Shown piece after piece: positions 39,817 through 49,763 of a DNA stretch of 64,000 nt. Source of the stretch: a virus. Lineage: Duplodnaviria; Caudoviricetes. A program made the translations under genes and the position numbers. Location of the stretch: the IMG/VR virus record IMGVR_UViG_2884152688_000003, positions 42,301 to 106,300 of that record. One strand, written 5' to 3'. The notes beneath the pieces are model-generated. The model searched no databases. It saw nothing but the letters and a program-made list of their open reading frames with translations, and was not told the origin of the DNA. Each line of letters starts with the position of its first letter. Position 1 is the first letter of the stretch.

Positions 39817-39896
39817 ACAAATAGGTTGTTAAAAAAGAACTGCGTTCATAGTTCTAACAAAGAAAAAGAGGAGAGCGGCTACTCTCCTCTTTTTTT
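39817..39896 (+). ncRNA. Type I antitoxin RNA 2
   Basis: 39822-39835 matches 39967-39980 (13/14); 39838-39858 resembles 39979-39998; bidirectional terminator at 39863-39894. Confidence 0.75.
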
Positions 39897-39897
39897 G

Positions 39898-39990
39898 TTA
39901 CTTGTACTTATCATCTAGTACTTTTTTGGCTAATATAAGTACTATACCAACAATAATTGGATATATTAGGTTATTAAAAACTGGTTCCAT
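39898..39990 (-). CDS. Fst-family type I toxin 2, MEPVFNNLIYPIIVGIVLILAKKVLDDKYK (30 aa)
   Basis: PIIVGIVL Fst signature, charged C-terminus, SD in a CTCC-GAAA-GGAG hairpin, extended -10 at 40041-40049 on the - strand. Confidence 0.85.
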   Translation of the reverse strand: MEPVFNNLIYPIIVGIVLILAKKVLDDKYK

Positions 39991-40130
39991 TGTCTAACCT
40001 CCTTTCGGAGAAATTGCCTTTTAGTGAGAAGGCTTCTTTAATTATATCATAAATAAAATTGTTTCAATTTACTAAATAAAATTATACTAGACACTATTAA
40101 GTGTCTTTTTTTTTATATAAAATTAGAAAG

Positions 40131-41165
40131 ATGGTGATAAACATCAGTAAGAAAGTATACAATAATTTCCAGACACCAGAAAAATGGGATAATGTTAATA
40201 AACACAATAAGGAATTAATAAAAGATTATGAATTAGAACTCAAGGCTAGAGCTTTATCGGAAAAAACGATAGAACAATATAAAAATGATTTAAAGATATT
40301 TGCATGCTATACACATGATGAACTTGAAAATAAGCCATTTTACAAGGTCACAAAGAAAGAAATTAGAAACTTTGTTATAGATTTACAAGAAAAAAACGTA
40401 TCACCGGCAAGAATCAATAGATTGCTTTCAGCGATACGAACAATGTTAGATTATGCTACAGAAGATGATGATTATGAAGATCAGTATGCAACTAATGTAG
40501 CAAGTAAAATAAAGGGATTAAAGAAAGATTCAGTAAGAGAAATAGTATTCTTAACTAGAAAAGAAGTAGACACTTTATATGACATATTAGTCTCTAAAAA
40601 AAGATATCAAGAGGCATTACTTTTAGCATTACTTATAGATACAGCCGCAAGAAAAAATGAAATATTCCAAATCAAAAAGAGTAGCATAACAAAAAAGGGG
40701 AAACTAACAAATAAAGTTACTGGAAAAGGTAATAAAAGATTTAGCTTGTCTTATAATATGCTTACTAAAAAAACATTCCCTCTATATTTAGAGCAAAGAG
40801 GTGAGGATGATAAAGATTTTCTATGGTATAAGAAAGATACTGTAAATGGTATTGTTGAATTAACACCACACAGATTCTATTCATGGATAAAGAGTTGGAA
40901 TAAGTTGCTTGAAAAAGAGACCGGTATACATAAAAATTTCAATATACATAGTTTTAGACATACAGCTCTTGAGTTATTAAGCACTGGAGAACATTATATA
41001 TGTGAGTTAATGGGAGTAAAGAAGTTTGAATTAAGCGACTTACAGATCTTAGCAAATCACAATGATATATCTATAACCAATTCTTATTTAAAAGATAAGA
41101 CTGAAGACGAACTTGTCAATAAATTCCACGTGGAGGATGATGAGGATGGTGATGATGAGTGGTAG
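40131..41165 (+). CDS. Tyrosine recombinase (XerD/YomM-like)
   Basis: SAM-like N-domain; R (TAARKNE), K (GKGNK), HSFRH, ANH and Y (NSY). The tracked GTG40101 lies in a terminator hairpin. Confidence 0.88.
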   Translation: MVINISKKVYNNFQTPEKWDNVNKHNKELIKDYELELKARALSEKTIEQYKNDLKIFACYTHDELENKPFYKVTKKEIRNFVIDLQEKNVSPARINRLLSAIRTMLDYATEDDDYEDQYATNVASKIKGLKKDSVREIVFLTRKEVDTLYDILVSKKRYQEALLLALLIDTAARKNEIFQIKKSSITKKGKLTNKVTGKGNKRFSLSYNMLTKKTFPLYLEQRGEDDKDFLWYKKDTVNGIVELTPHRFYSWIKSWNKLLEKETGIHKNFNIHSFRHTALELLSTGEHYICELMGVKKFELSDLQILANHNDISITNSYLKDKTEDELVNKFHVEDDEDGDDEW

Positions 41166-42100
41166 AGAAAAGAAAATACAACGACTTGAAACATGGTGAG
41201 TTTTTTTTACCAGAAGAATTGGATAATATTGATTTTCCAGATATACCACCTCATATAAAATTACTAAACCCTCAAGTTATGTGGGAAAAGGGTATCACTG
41301 GTGAAGGGGTTAAAGTTGCCATAATTGACTCTGGATGTGATATAAATAACCCTCTATTGAAAGGGAAGATATCTCATATATGCAACTTAACTAGAGATGA
41401 TGATGGTGACAGGGCTAATGTTACAGACTATTCGGGGCATGGAACCCATGTTGCATCAATAATAGCATCAGACAATTATAACGACTTAGTTGTAGGAATA
41501 GCACCAAATGTAAAGCTTATGATATATAAAGTAATAGAAAAAGATGGACAAGCTAGATATGAAAACATAGCTAGAGCCATATATGCGGCAATACAATCTG
41601 GTGCTGACATTCTTAATATCAGTTTAGGGGGGAGTCAAGAGGCACCCCAAATTCACGAGGCTATTAAAAGTGCAATTAAGATGAATGTTTGTGTTGTAGT
41701 TGCGGCAGGAAATGGGGGCAATGGTGAAAGTGATTTATCAGGCTTATGGTTTCCGTCTTGTTATCCAGAATCAATCCAGGTAGGGTCTATAGGTTCTAAT
41801 AAAAAGGCTTCCAAATTTACAACAACAAATCACTTTACTGACTGTGTTGCAGTGGGGGAGAAGGTGCTTGGTTTATCTCAAGAGGGTGGATTTGAAGTAC
41901 TTAATGGTACATCTCAGGCTGCACCCATAGTATCAGCTTCTCTTGCCTTGCTAAAAGAGTGGGCTAAGAAAGAGTTCAAAAGAGACCCTAGTGAATCAGA
42001 GCTATATTCTCTACTCATCAAAAACACTAAGACTATCAAGGGTGTGTCTAGAAACGCTCAAGGAAAAGGATACGTAGTATTTAATAAAAATACACTATAA
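41159..42100 (+). CDS. S8 subtilisin-like intracellular serine protease
   Basis: Triad IIDSG / HGTHVA / GTSQAAP, oxyanion AAGN, no signal peptide. Confidence 0.92.
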   Translation: MVEKRKYNDLKHGEFFLPEELDNIDFPDIPPHIKLLNPQVMWEKGITGEGVKVAIIDSGCDINNPLLKGKISHICNLTRDDDGDRANVTDYSGHGTHVASIIASDNYNDLVVGIAPNVKLMIYKVIEKDGQARYENIARAIYAAIQSGADILNISLGGSQEAPQIHEAIKSAIKMNVCVVVAAGNGGNGESDLSGLWFPSCYPESIQVGSIGSNKKASKFTTTNHFTDCVAVGEKVLGLSQEGGFEVLNGTSQAAPIVSASLALLKEWAKKEFKRDPSESELYSLLIKNTKTIKGVSRNAQGKGYVVFNKNTL

Positions 42101-42131
42101 AAGCCATGCGTTAGCATGGCTTCCTTTTTTT
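42101..42131. terminator. Terminator at the convergence of the two genome arms
   Basis: AAGCCATGC-GTTA-GCATGGCTT with T/A flanks. Confidence 0.75.
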
Positions 42132-42133
42132 GT

Positions 42134-43279
42134 TTACATATTTATTTTCTTATTTACAGCGCTCACACTTGCTTTATTGACATCTTTAAATAAATGTACA
42201 TAAATGTCTTTTGTTGTCCTAATGTTTTTGTGATTTAAGAGTTTGCTTATTTCCTTGATAGATAAACCATCTTCATTAAGCATTGTGGCATATGAGTGCC
42301 TTAATCCATGGAAAGTCACACCTTCTATTCCATTTTCATTCATAATTTTTTTAAATTTTATACTTAAAGAAGATGGATTTGTTAGCTCGAACTTTCTATT
42401 TAAGAACAGTAGGTTTTCTATATTTTTTGCACCTGGTGTGGACATTTTTTTATCCCAAATTAACTTATACTCCATTAAATTTTCCTTTAAAGCATCAGGT
42501 ATAGCAAGATATAATGGTTCTTTATTTTTAGTATATGGTTGAAGAGTAGGTTTTTTATTCTCATCCCTAACTATTATTTGATTTATTGTAATAATATTTT
42601 CATCTAGGTCTATATTGTCCCAACTTAATCCTAATATTTCTGATTCTCTAAGACCTAGTGACGCACCTAATAACATTTGGAGACCTATATCAGTGCCCTT
42701 TGTCTTTTTTAATATCTCATTTAAAACGTCATAGTCTAAAACATTATCTTTTGCTTTTTTAGGATTTCTTCCCCATATTTTTAGACCTACAGTTATATCT
42801 CTATCTATAAAATTATTTTGTAAAGCATAATGAACACCTTTTCTTATTACAGCAACTATTATATTTACAGTAGATTTTGACAATGTTTCAGCTTTCTTGT
42901 CTATAAAATCTTGCAAGTCCTTCGTTGTCATTCTAGAAACTATATAATCAGAGATACCATTTTTCTCGTCATTTATATGACTGTTATATGCCCCCATATA
43001 TGCATTGTAAGTGTTTCCAGATTTATATTCTCCACGTTCTCTTTCTTTTTTAAAAGCTTCTTCTATGCATTCACCAAATCTTTTCTTATGGTTTATCTCA
43101 CCGATTGTCTTTATCTCACCAGTATTAATTTTTCTTTGTATCTCTTCTCTGTTTATTTCTGCAGCTTCTCTTGTTTCAAAAACTTTAATTCTCTTGTATT
43201 TTATTTTATCTGTTAATTTGTCTCTATAACTAATCGCTGTTTCTAATTTTCCTTTATTTTTTCTAATAACTGCCCTCAT
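42134..43279 (-). CDS. Tyrosine integrase (ICEBs1/phage type)
   Basis: GLRESE, TKN, FHGLRHSYAT, LNH and DIY motifs; N-terminal arm-binding-like domain. Confidence 0.92.
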   Translation of the reverse strand: MRAVIRKNKGKLETAISYRDKLTDKIKYKRIKVFETREAAEINREEIQRKINTGEIKTIGEINHKKRFGECIEEAFKKERERGEYKSGNTYNAYMGAYNSHINDEKNGISDYIVSRMTTKDLQDFIDKKAETLSKSTVNIIVAVIRKGVHYALQNNFIDRDITVGLKIWGRNPKKAKDNVLDYDVLNEILKKTKGTDIGLQMLLGASLGLRESEILGLSWDNIDLDENIITINQIIVRDENKKPTLQPYTKNKEPLYLAIPDALKENLMEYKLIWDKKMSTPGAKNIENLLFLNRKFELTNPSSLSIKFKKIMNENGIEGVTFHGLRHSYATMLNEDGLSIKEISKLLNHKNIRTTKDIYVHLFKDVNKASVSAVNKKINM

Positions 43280-43310
43280 GATATACCTCCTTGTTTATTA
43301 TTATGATTAT

Positions 43311-43360
43311 ATTATATCATTAAGTTTAACTAATATCAACAGTTATTTAAGATTAAATAA
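43311..43360 (-). promoter_or_regulatory. Integrase promoter with upstream palindrome
   Basis: TTGATA-17nt-TATAAT with TG extension; TTATTTAA-GA-TTAAATAA at 43343-43360. Confidence 0.65.
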
Positions 43361-43375
43361 AAAATAGCCTTATGG

Positions 43376-43618
43376 CTACTTTTTATCTCCATTAAAGAAT
43401 TTAAAATCCATAGAGTTACCATTTACTACCATGTCAAAAGCCTCTCTAAGGCATTGCATATAGTATATTTTATCCTCATCTGTGGCTTCCAAATCCTTTA
43501 TTACTTCCTTTACAAATGATGTGTGAGTCATATATTGCTTGATTATCTCATCTAACTCTCTTTCATCACAATATATTTCTTGACTGCCATCTACTTTATT
43601 ATTTGTTATTGTTAACAT
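43376..43618 (-). CDS. Hypothetical protein
   Basis: ORF with SD, coupled to the ruvC-like gene. Confidence 0.55.
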   Translation of the reverse strand: MLTITNNKVDGSQEIYCDERELDEIIKQYMTHTSFVKEVIKDLEATDEDKIYYMQCLREAFDMVVNGNSMDFKFFNGDKK

Positions 43619-44112
43619 TCCGCCTCTCTTCCTACTGCGATTGCTATGCCTATAGCATCATATATATCGCTTGTTTTTTTCTTGCCAGTCTTGTCGCTAT
43701 ATTCACCAATGTCAATGCAATTTTCTTGAATATATTTAGCAACCTCATCTTTTTTTGCTCTACCACTTCCTGTAATTATCTTTTTAACTGTGGTTGGTGC
43801 TAGGTATACAGTTTTAATAGAACATTCTTTATAGACCATTCTACAAACAGCACCTAAAAGTTTCCTCAATACCATAATAGTAGCTGTTCTGCTGGATATG
43901 AACTGATTTTCTATTCCCACAAGTTCAATTTTGTTTTCATATTTCTTAATTATATTTTTAATTTCATCTACTATATAGTTGATCCTTTCATCTTCGCTTT
44001 CAAACTTATCTTTTTTTGTTTCTATTTTACCACTTAAAATAACGTTTTCTTTATTATCTACAACACTATATCCTGTTGATGTCATAGATAAATCTAATCC
44101 CAATATTAACAG
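43612..44112 (-). CDS. ruvC: RuvC-like Holliday junction resolvase (probable CTG start at 44112)
   Basis: LILGLDLS..STG, GIE, PTTVKKIITGSGRAKK and D.YDAIGIA motifs. Confidence 0.85.
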   Translation of the reverse strand: MLILGLDLSMTSTGYSVVDNKENVILSGKIETKKDKFESEDERINYIVDEIKNIIKKYENKIELVGIENQFISSRTATIMVLRKLLGAVCRMVYKECSIKTVYLAPTTVKKIITGSGRAKKDEVAKYIQENCIDIGEYSDKTGKKKTSDIYDAIGIAIAVGREAEC

Positions 44113-44123
44113 TTTACCACCCC

Positions 44124-44306
44124 TTAATATAATTCATAATGTTTTATATGTGTTCTCATAGCTTTTTCTAATTCTTCACCAATTATAGAAGATAGAATCA
44201 CACTTTCATTGCTATCCAACCCTTCATATTGCTTGGCAAAGAATATCTTTATTTCTTTTCTTATTTCATTTTGTCTACTTAAAAAATATTCTTTTTTATT
44301 TTCCAT
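44124..44306 (-). CDS. Hypothetical protein
   Basis: ORF with SD AAGGTGA. Confidence 0.55.
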   Translation of the reverse strand: MENKKEYFLSRQNEIRKEIKIFFAKQYEGLDSNESVILSSIIGEELEKAMRTHIKHYELY

Positions 44307-44315
44307 GTTATCACC

Positions 44316-44525
44316 TTAATTCAGTGGTTCTTTTTCAGCCATAATCATTTTTTGGTATATTTTTTTACCATCTTCAAAAAGGTTATCAAAAGCCTCATCA
44401 GCTTGTTTACCCCTACCATACTGTGTTCTCATGTTTGCAATTAAAACTAAAAACTCTGCGGTTAAGGTTGTTATATCACCTTTTATAGTTCCTTTATTAT
44501 TTTTACTTAAATCTATATGTATCAT
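44316..44525 (-). CDS. Hypothetical protein
   Basis: Tightly packed ORF. Confidence 0.55.
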   Translation of the reverse strand: MIHIDLSKNNKGTIKGDITTLTAEFLVLIANMRTQYGRGKQADEAFDNLFEDGKKIYQKMIMAEKEPLN

Positions 44526-44807
44526 TTATATGCTCTCCCATTTCAATATTTTATTACAACTTACTTCATATTCATCACTTTTTGATAAAATTGTTATTCT
44601 ATTTGATCTCGCAATTAGGTTTTCTTCATATTCATTGACTATTTCGCTTATTAGTGATTTTATATCCTCTTGATAATAAACCTTTTTATTTTCAATTTTA
44701 AAAAATCTAAGTTGAACCACATATGTTATTATTATCAGCTTTGTACCATTTTCACGAGAATCCAATAAGAAGTTCAATAATTGTCTTCTTTTACTCATAC
44801 TATTCAT
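44526..44807 (-). CDS. Hypothetical protein
   Basis: Tightly packed ORF. Confidence 0.55.
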   Translation of the reverse strand: MNSMSKRRQLLNFLLDSRENGTKLIIITYVVQLRFFKIENKKVYYQEDIKSLISEIVNEYEENLIARSNRITILSKSDEYEVSCNKILKWESI

Positions 44808-44808
44808 A

Positions 44809-45345
44809 TTATATATTCTCCAATCGCACTATTTTGGTTGGTTCTTCATCTTCCCATTTTATTGAAGGAAATTTACACTTAAGCCCTTCTAATTTTTTTG
44901 CATCTATAGACTTCCAATATCCCCATTCTTTAAGTTTTATTGGCACTTCTTTTTCACCATATACCCTTCCGTTTTCGTCTTTAGAAATCCAGTTACATTC
45001 TTCATCAATATACTTCATTGCTTTTAACTCTTCATCACTACACTTTTGAACTGTCTTGGTAGCCACGTGGTCTACGTCGTCTTCATCAATACATTGTTCA
45101 TATTGATTGTATACTCTGTCTACTGTATGATATACAATCGTTATTTCGTCATCGTAATAATCAAGAAACTGTATATCTTCAATCTCATATATAAATTTAC
45201 CTTCCACAATCTTGTCACCAATTTTATACATTGGCCTTGGGTTTAATCCAAATTCTTTTCTAATTATATCTATAATTACTTCAGGATTTTTCACTTCAAG
45301 TGTAAATTTAATTCTTTTGTTTAATTCCATTTGTATTTTCTCCAT
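44809..45345 (-). CDS. Hypothetical phage protein (C-domain shared with 53646-54308)
   Basis: WISKDENG...FPSIKWEDEEPT. Confidence 0.6.
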   Translation of the reverse strand: MEKIQMELNKRIKFTLEVKNPEVIIDIIRKEFGLNPRPMYKIGDKIVEGKFIYEIEDIQFLDYYDDEITIVYHTVDRVYNQYEQCIDEDDVDHVATKTVQKCSDEELKAMKYIDEECNWISKDENGRVYGEKEVPIKLKEWGYWKSIDAKKLEGLKCKFPSIKWEDEEPTKIVRLENI

Positions 45346-45394
45346 TTTATCTCTATTTTTTTAATTTTCACATAATAAAAGGACGATTTTATTG

Positions 45395-45712
45395 CTACAC
45401 TCTATATATTGTGACATTCTGTTCCCCTTTATCTATCTCTAATTCAACCAATGAACCTGTGATTTCTGACCTCTCAATACCTTTAGAAATAGTATATGTG
45501 GCTTTAGTCTCATTTAATAATATTAATTTATCTATAATGTACTGCTTAGAATACTTATATCCCATTTTTTCCATTTCTTGATTTAATAGATCTACATATA
45601 TCGTTGTAGATCTAACTTTATTATCATGCGTTTTAGTTAACAATACATATAAATCTATTTCTGACTTTCTCAACTCTGATAATATTATTTCTTTAATTAA
45701 TTCTTTTTTCAT
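45395..45712 (-). CDS. Hypothetical protein
   Basis: SD AAGGAG. Confidence 0.55.
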   Translation of the reverse strand: MKKELIKEIILSELRKSEIDLYVLLTKTHDNKVRSTTIYVDLLNQEMEKMGYKYSKQYIIDKLILLNETKATYTISKGIERSEITGSLVELEIDKGEQNVTIYRV

Positions 45713-45724
45713 TTTTAATTCTCC

Positions 45725-45910
45725 TTAAATTTTATTTATTAATTTTCTTATTCCTTCTATTATGCATAGAAACACCTCTATAATTAGCATTGCTATAAAT
45801 ATCATCGTTCCTATACATAATAATGGTACTGCTACTACTATCCATAATGGCATGAGTAATATGACAGCTAAGATGTCATAACCATTAGACATTTGTTTCA
45901 TTTTTATCAT
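45725..45910 (-). CDS. Small membrane protein
   Basis: Long hydrophobic stretch. Confidence 0.5.
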   Translation of the reverse strand: MIKMKQMSNGYDILAVILLMPLWIVVAVPLLCIGTMIFIAMLIIEVFLCIIEGIRKLINKI

Positions 45911-47210
45911 CCCTTATTCTATGGTTGTAGCTTGCAAATCCTAAGGCATAGCCTAGTCCCGACTCATTCTGTGTTATTTTTTGGTATTTAACTTCTATAA
46001 TTTTATTTAAATAATATTCTTTATTATTCCAAATATCATATCTTTCATCTTCTGTAAATCCAGAACCCACATTACATCTATTAGGAATGCCGTCATATCT
46101 AAACTCAACTACTAACGAACCTAGTACCCCTTTATTCTTTCCATTACCTTCTATAAAGTCAACTATCCTAACATCAGCAATTAAATCCTTCTTTAGTTTC
46201 AATATAGCATCTGTTCTCATTCCTTTATAAGGGGCATCAGCAAGGTTTATCATTATTCCTTCTTTCCCCATGTCATCACATTCCTCAAGCATTTCCATTA
46301 GCTGAAAGTGACTGACTTTCCCAACCCTATAGAAGTCCATATCCTCTGTTGTGAAGACTATATTGCTATCAAGTGTACTTAATGTGTTTATTAAGTCATT
46401 ATGTCTATCTATATATGGAGCATCTGAATAACCTTCAAAGAAGTCTTCTACATCCACTTTATCAAAAGCTATAAATGAAATATCTTTTTTATCAGATAAT
46501 TTTAAATTTATAACAGAACAAGTTTTTTGAAATCTTTCTTCTTCAGTATCAAAAACTCCCATATGAAGCAGTTCACCGTCATAAACAGCACTAGGAACTT
46601 TGTCTGATTTAAATATTTCTTTTAATTCATCCAACCCAAATATTTCTTTTCCTTGTCTTGAGAACATTGATACATTGCCATCTTTATCTTTAATTATGGC
46701 ACATCTCACACCATCTATTTTTTCAGAAACAACGTATTCCTTATCATAATCAAAGAATCCCTTCTCAACCCTTTCCATGTACCCTTTAGCTCTCATAAAC
46801 TCTAGTATGGTGATAGACTCAGGGATTACTTTATTTAAGGTTTTTGCAGTAAGGCCTATCTTCAAAGTCTTAGTTATTAACCCTATTATAGTTTCTCTAT
46901 ACTGTTCTGGGTATAAATATAGAAATGACTTTACTATAGCTAAATCTTCTTTTCTTCCTGTATTATTTTTCTTTAAATACTCCAATAAGTCCATTAGACA
47001 CATATTTGGATGTTCATCATATTTAATTCTTTTTCCTATTTTTTTCCTATCTATTCCAGTAGTTATTGCTGGATCTAGAAGAAACTTAACAACTTCTATG
47101 GTTGGTGATTCTTTATCCGATAACTCTTTAATGTATGCTTGTTTATCATTAACACTTTTTATATCTTTTAATTTTGTTAGTTCTTCAAATATTAATGTAT
47201 CTTTATGCAT
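45885..47210 (-). CDS. ATP-dependent DNA ligase
   Basis: EKIDGVR, YDGEL, FD, EGIMI, LKLK and VGSGF motifs. Confidence 0.92.
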   Translation of the reverse strand: MHKDTLIFEELTKLKDIKSVNDKQAYIKELSDKESPTIEVVKFLLDPAITTGIDRKKIGKRIKYDEHPNMCLMDLLEYLKKNNTGRKEDLAIVKSFLYLYPEQYRETIIGLITKTLKIGLTAKTLNKVIPESITILEFMRAKGYMERVEKGFFDYDKEYVVSEKIDGVRCAIIKDKDGNVSMFSRQGKEIFGLDELKEIFKSDKVPSAVYDGELLHMGVFDTEEERFQKTCSVINLKLSDKKDISFIAFDKVDVEDFFEGYSDAPYIDRHNDLINTLSTLDSNIVFTTEDMDFYRVGKVSHFQLMEMLEECDDMGKEGIMINLADAPYKGMRTDAILKLKKDLIADVRIVDFIEGNGKNKGVLGSLVVEFRYDGIPNRCNVGSGFTEDERYDIWNNKEYYLNKIIEVKYQKITQNESGLGYALGFASYNHRIRDDKNETNV

Positions 47211-47692
47211 TATTTATCTCCTTTGTATGCGTATGTATAAGCTATTTCATTTTCCATATCTCTAGCTATTGTTAATAAACATTCTTCGTTCTCTTCTATT
47301 TTTATATTATAGTAATCTTCCATTATCCCATAATATTTTTTATTTATAACAACTTCTGCTATATCATATAATGGAGAATTAAAACACTCTTCAGTCTCTT
47401 GATTTATTTGGTTTAGAACACAATTGAATACATTCCTATTGAAAAGTTCACCACCATAGAACATCTTTTCTACACCCACAGAGTATAATTCTTTCGATAG
47501 TTCTCTTAGTAGTTTTGTTACCTTTAATATGTAATCTATATCTAAGTCATGTTCTTTCTTCTTAATATAGTTCAAGTCGCCCTTTTCTATGCTAATCTCA
47601 CAAAAAGAACCTTCTAAAAGTTCATCTATTAATTGTTTTGCCTCAAGTGCCTTTCCTTCAAAATCATAATTACAAAGTGCTAAATTCTGCAT
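47210..47692 (-). CDS. Hypothetical protein
   Basis: ORF coupled to the ligase gene. Confidence 0.55.
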   Translation of the reverse strand: MQNLALCNYDFEGKALEAKQLIDELLEGSFCEISIEKGDLNYIKKKEHDLDIDYILKVTKLLRELSKELYSVGVEKMFYGGELFNRNVFNCVLNQINQETEECFNSPLYDIAEVVINKKYYGIMEDYYNIKIEENEECLLTIARDMENEIAYTYAYKGDK

Positions 47693-47710
47693 TTTAATTC
47701 TCCTTATATT

Positions 47711-48406
47711 TTAATTTAATTCATTTATTCTATACATTGTATCTTTTGCTATTCTGTTGACTTTTGCAGCCCAGTTACCGCCTACACAATATTTTGAACC
47801 TATTTTAGAAACTGATATTCTGTCCTTTTTTGTGTTACCTGTATATATGTATCCTTTACTCAAAAAATCTTGCATATATAATAATGATTGTTTTTTATCA
47901 GAAAATCCCAAATATCCATATGTTTTTCTTGTTTTTCCATTCTTGTCCGTTGTGAGATATGCTCCTTTGATTCCTCCCACATTATTTTTAACCCTATATA
48001 GATAGCTTGATCCGTTCCAGCTTTCTAATCTTATTACCGATATTAGGAATAATGCGTTTATAGGTTTTTCACTATGTTCTATTTGATATAGGGTTGGTGC
48101 AAGTTCTTTCATTCTAGCTGGGAGAAGCTGTTTAATCTCATCTTGAGACAAACAAGATATTACTCTAACATCATTCTGACTGTAACCACCCACTCTTTTC
48201 TTCTTAGCTGTCTTAGTCTCTTCTAATTTTGTATATGTTTCAAGCTCTAACTCTGGTTCTTCCATCTCTATTAGTTGTTCTTCAATTGCCATGGAATCAT
48301 ATTCCTCAATATTATTTTCGATATCATTAGCAAAAATCGGATTGATCGTTCCTACTAGTAGTATTGTGGTCGCTAGGCTTAGCGCCATTCTCTTCTTAAA
48401 ACTCAA
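47711..48406 (-). CDS. Secreted glucosaminidase (GH73-like) peptidoglycan hydrolase
   Basis: Signal peptide; INALFLISVIRLES, NNVGGIK and IGSKYC motifs. Confidence 0.75.
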   Translation of the reverse strand: MSFKKRMALSLATTILLVGTINPIFANDIENNIEEYDSMAIEEQLIEMEEPELELETYTKLEETKTAKKKRVGGYSQNDVRVISCLSQDEIKQLLPARMKELAPTLYQIEHSEKPINALFLISVIRLESWNGSSYLYRVKNNVGGIKGAYLTTDKNGKTRKTYGYLGFSDKKQSLLYMQDFLSKGYIYTGNTKKDRISVSKIGSKYCVGGNWAAKVNRIAKDTMYRINELN

Positions 48407-48466
48407 ATTAATTCTCCATTCTCTTTTTATTTTTTTAACTTTTAAATTATGTTATGTCACTGCTAT

Positions 48467-49651
48467 TTAAACTGCTATTTTTTCACATTTATAGACAATG
48501 TTTAACATAGACTCTGGAATCTCTTTTATAATTTCTTCTAGCACATTTACAACTATGCTGTTACCAGCTTGCTTGTACAGTTGTGAATTACTATTTACTT
48601 TTTCTGCTTTTTTAAAATCTTCTACATCAAACCCCATTAATTTCCAGTATTCACATGGGGTTAACTTTCTAATATGTGTTTTACTATCTACAACCCCTAT
48701 TGATGGTTGGGTAGTTAATGTTTGAGACTTTTGTTCACCTACTCTTCCACGTCTAGTCTTGCTGTCTGGATAAGCTAAATTCACACTATCACCTACGTTT
48801 GCAACTTGGTATCCCTTCTTTGTAGCATTTTTTATGTACAAAGGCCCACTAGATACACTTTTTGTTAATTGGTTTTTTGTGACTAAAGTGGGACATATAT
48901 TGTTTTTTCTTACTCTTAACCCCTCATCATATCTAAAGTCTGCTACACATTTTGGGCCTTTATAATCTCTTGCACATAGAGTCCCTACTACTTCTGTCGA
49001 CATTCTAGCCCTATTGGAACTATATGTAGAATAAAGTATTTTATCAACTTGTTCTTGAGTTAAATAAAATTTTTCATCAACTTCTTCATCTAGTAAATCA
49101 TACAATGTTAATTCCAATGGTTTCTTTTTAGGGAATTGATATTTTTCTTCACCTAAAAAACTTATCACAAAAATTCGTTCTCTACTTTGAGGTATTCCAT
49201 AATCTGTTGCTGACAGAACTTCATAGTTACTTGTGTATCCTAAATTTTCTAAGGATTCTATGTAGTTATCAAAGTTATGTTTATGTCTTTTAGAAATAAC
49301 ATTTTTTACGTTTTCCCAAACAACAACTTTAGGTCTTATTTTCTCTATAATCCTCACACTTTCATGCATAAGGCTTGAACGTGTCCCACTTCCTTTGTCA
49401 CCACCTTTGTTGCTACCAGCTATGCTATAATCCTGGCATGGACTTCCATGTATTATAACGTCCACATTATCAAAATTCTTGTCCCATTGTGTTATGTCTT
49501 GTGGTTCAAATGAAGTTCCATTTAATGCATTGTATGATGCTACAGCATATTTATCTATTTCTACATAATCCAAGACTTCATGCTCTATCTCAAGTCTATT
49601 TAATGCTTTTGTAAATGCACCAATTCCACCAAATAATTCTATAATTCTCAA
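48467..49651 (-). CDS. C5 cytosine DNA methyltransferase (orphan)
   Basis: ELFGGIG, GSPCQ, WENV, PQSRERIF and KQAGNS motifs. Confidence 0.95.
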   Translation of the reverse strand: MRIIELFGGIGAFTKALNRLEIEHEVLDYVEIDKYAVASYNALNGTSFEPQDITQWDKNFDNVDVIIHGSPCQDYSIAGSNKGGDKGSGTRSSLMHESVRIIEKIRPKVVVWENVKNVISKRHKHNFDNYIESLENLGYTSNYEVLSATDYGIPQSRERIFVISFLGEEKYQFPKKKPLELTLYDLLDEEVDEKFYLTQEQVDKILYSTYSSNRARMSTEVVGTLCARDYKGPKCVADFRYDEGLRVRKNNICPTLVTKNQLTKSVSSGPLYIKNATKKGYQVANVGDSVNLAYPDSKTRRGRVGEQKSQTLTTQPSIGVVDSKTHIRKLTPCEYWKLMGFDVEDFKKAEKVNSNSQLYKQAGNSIVVNVLEEIIKEIPESMLNIVYKCEKIAV

Positions 49652-49763
49652 ATTTTCCTCCTTATAATTGACTTAACATAAAATTTATGCTAACATAAAA
49701 GGGCATAGAAATCCCTTTGTTTATGCTTTCGCACAACATATTTTGTTTTTCTACTACCCTTTC

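Noticed and set aside
49670-49700. dif-like Xer site
   Set aside because: It resembles a XerD arm (TTATGTTAA) but the spacer is 3 nt rather than 6; a promoter/operator explains it better.
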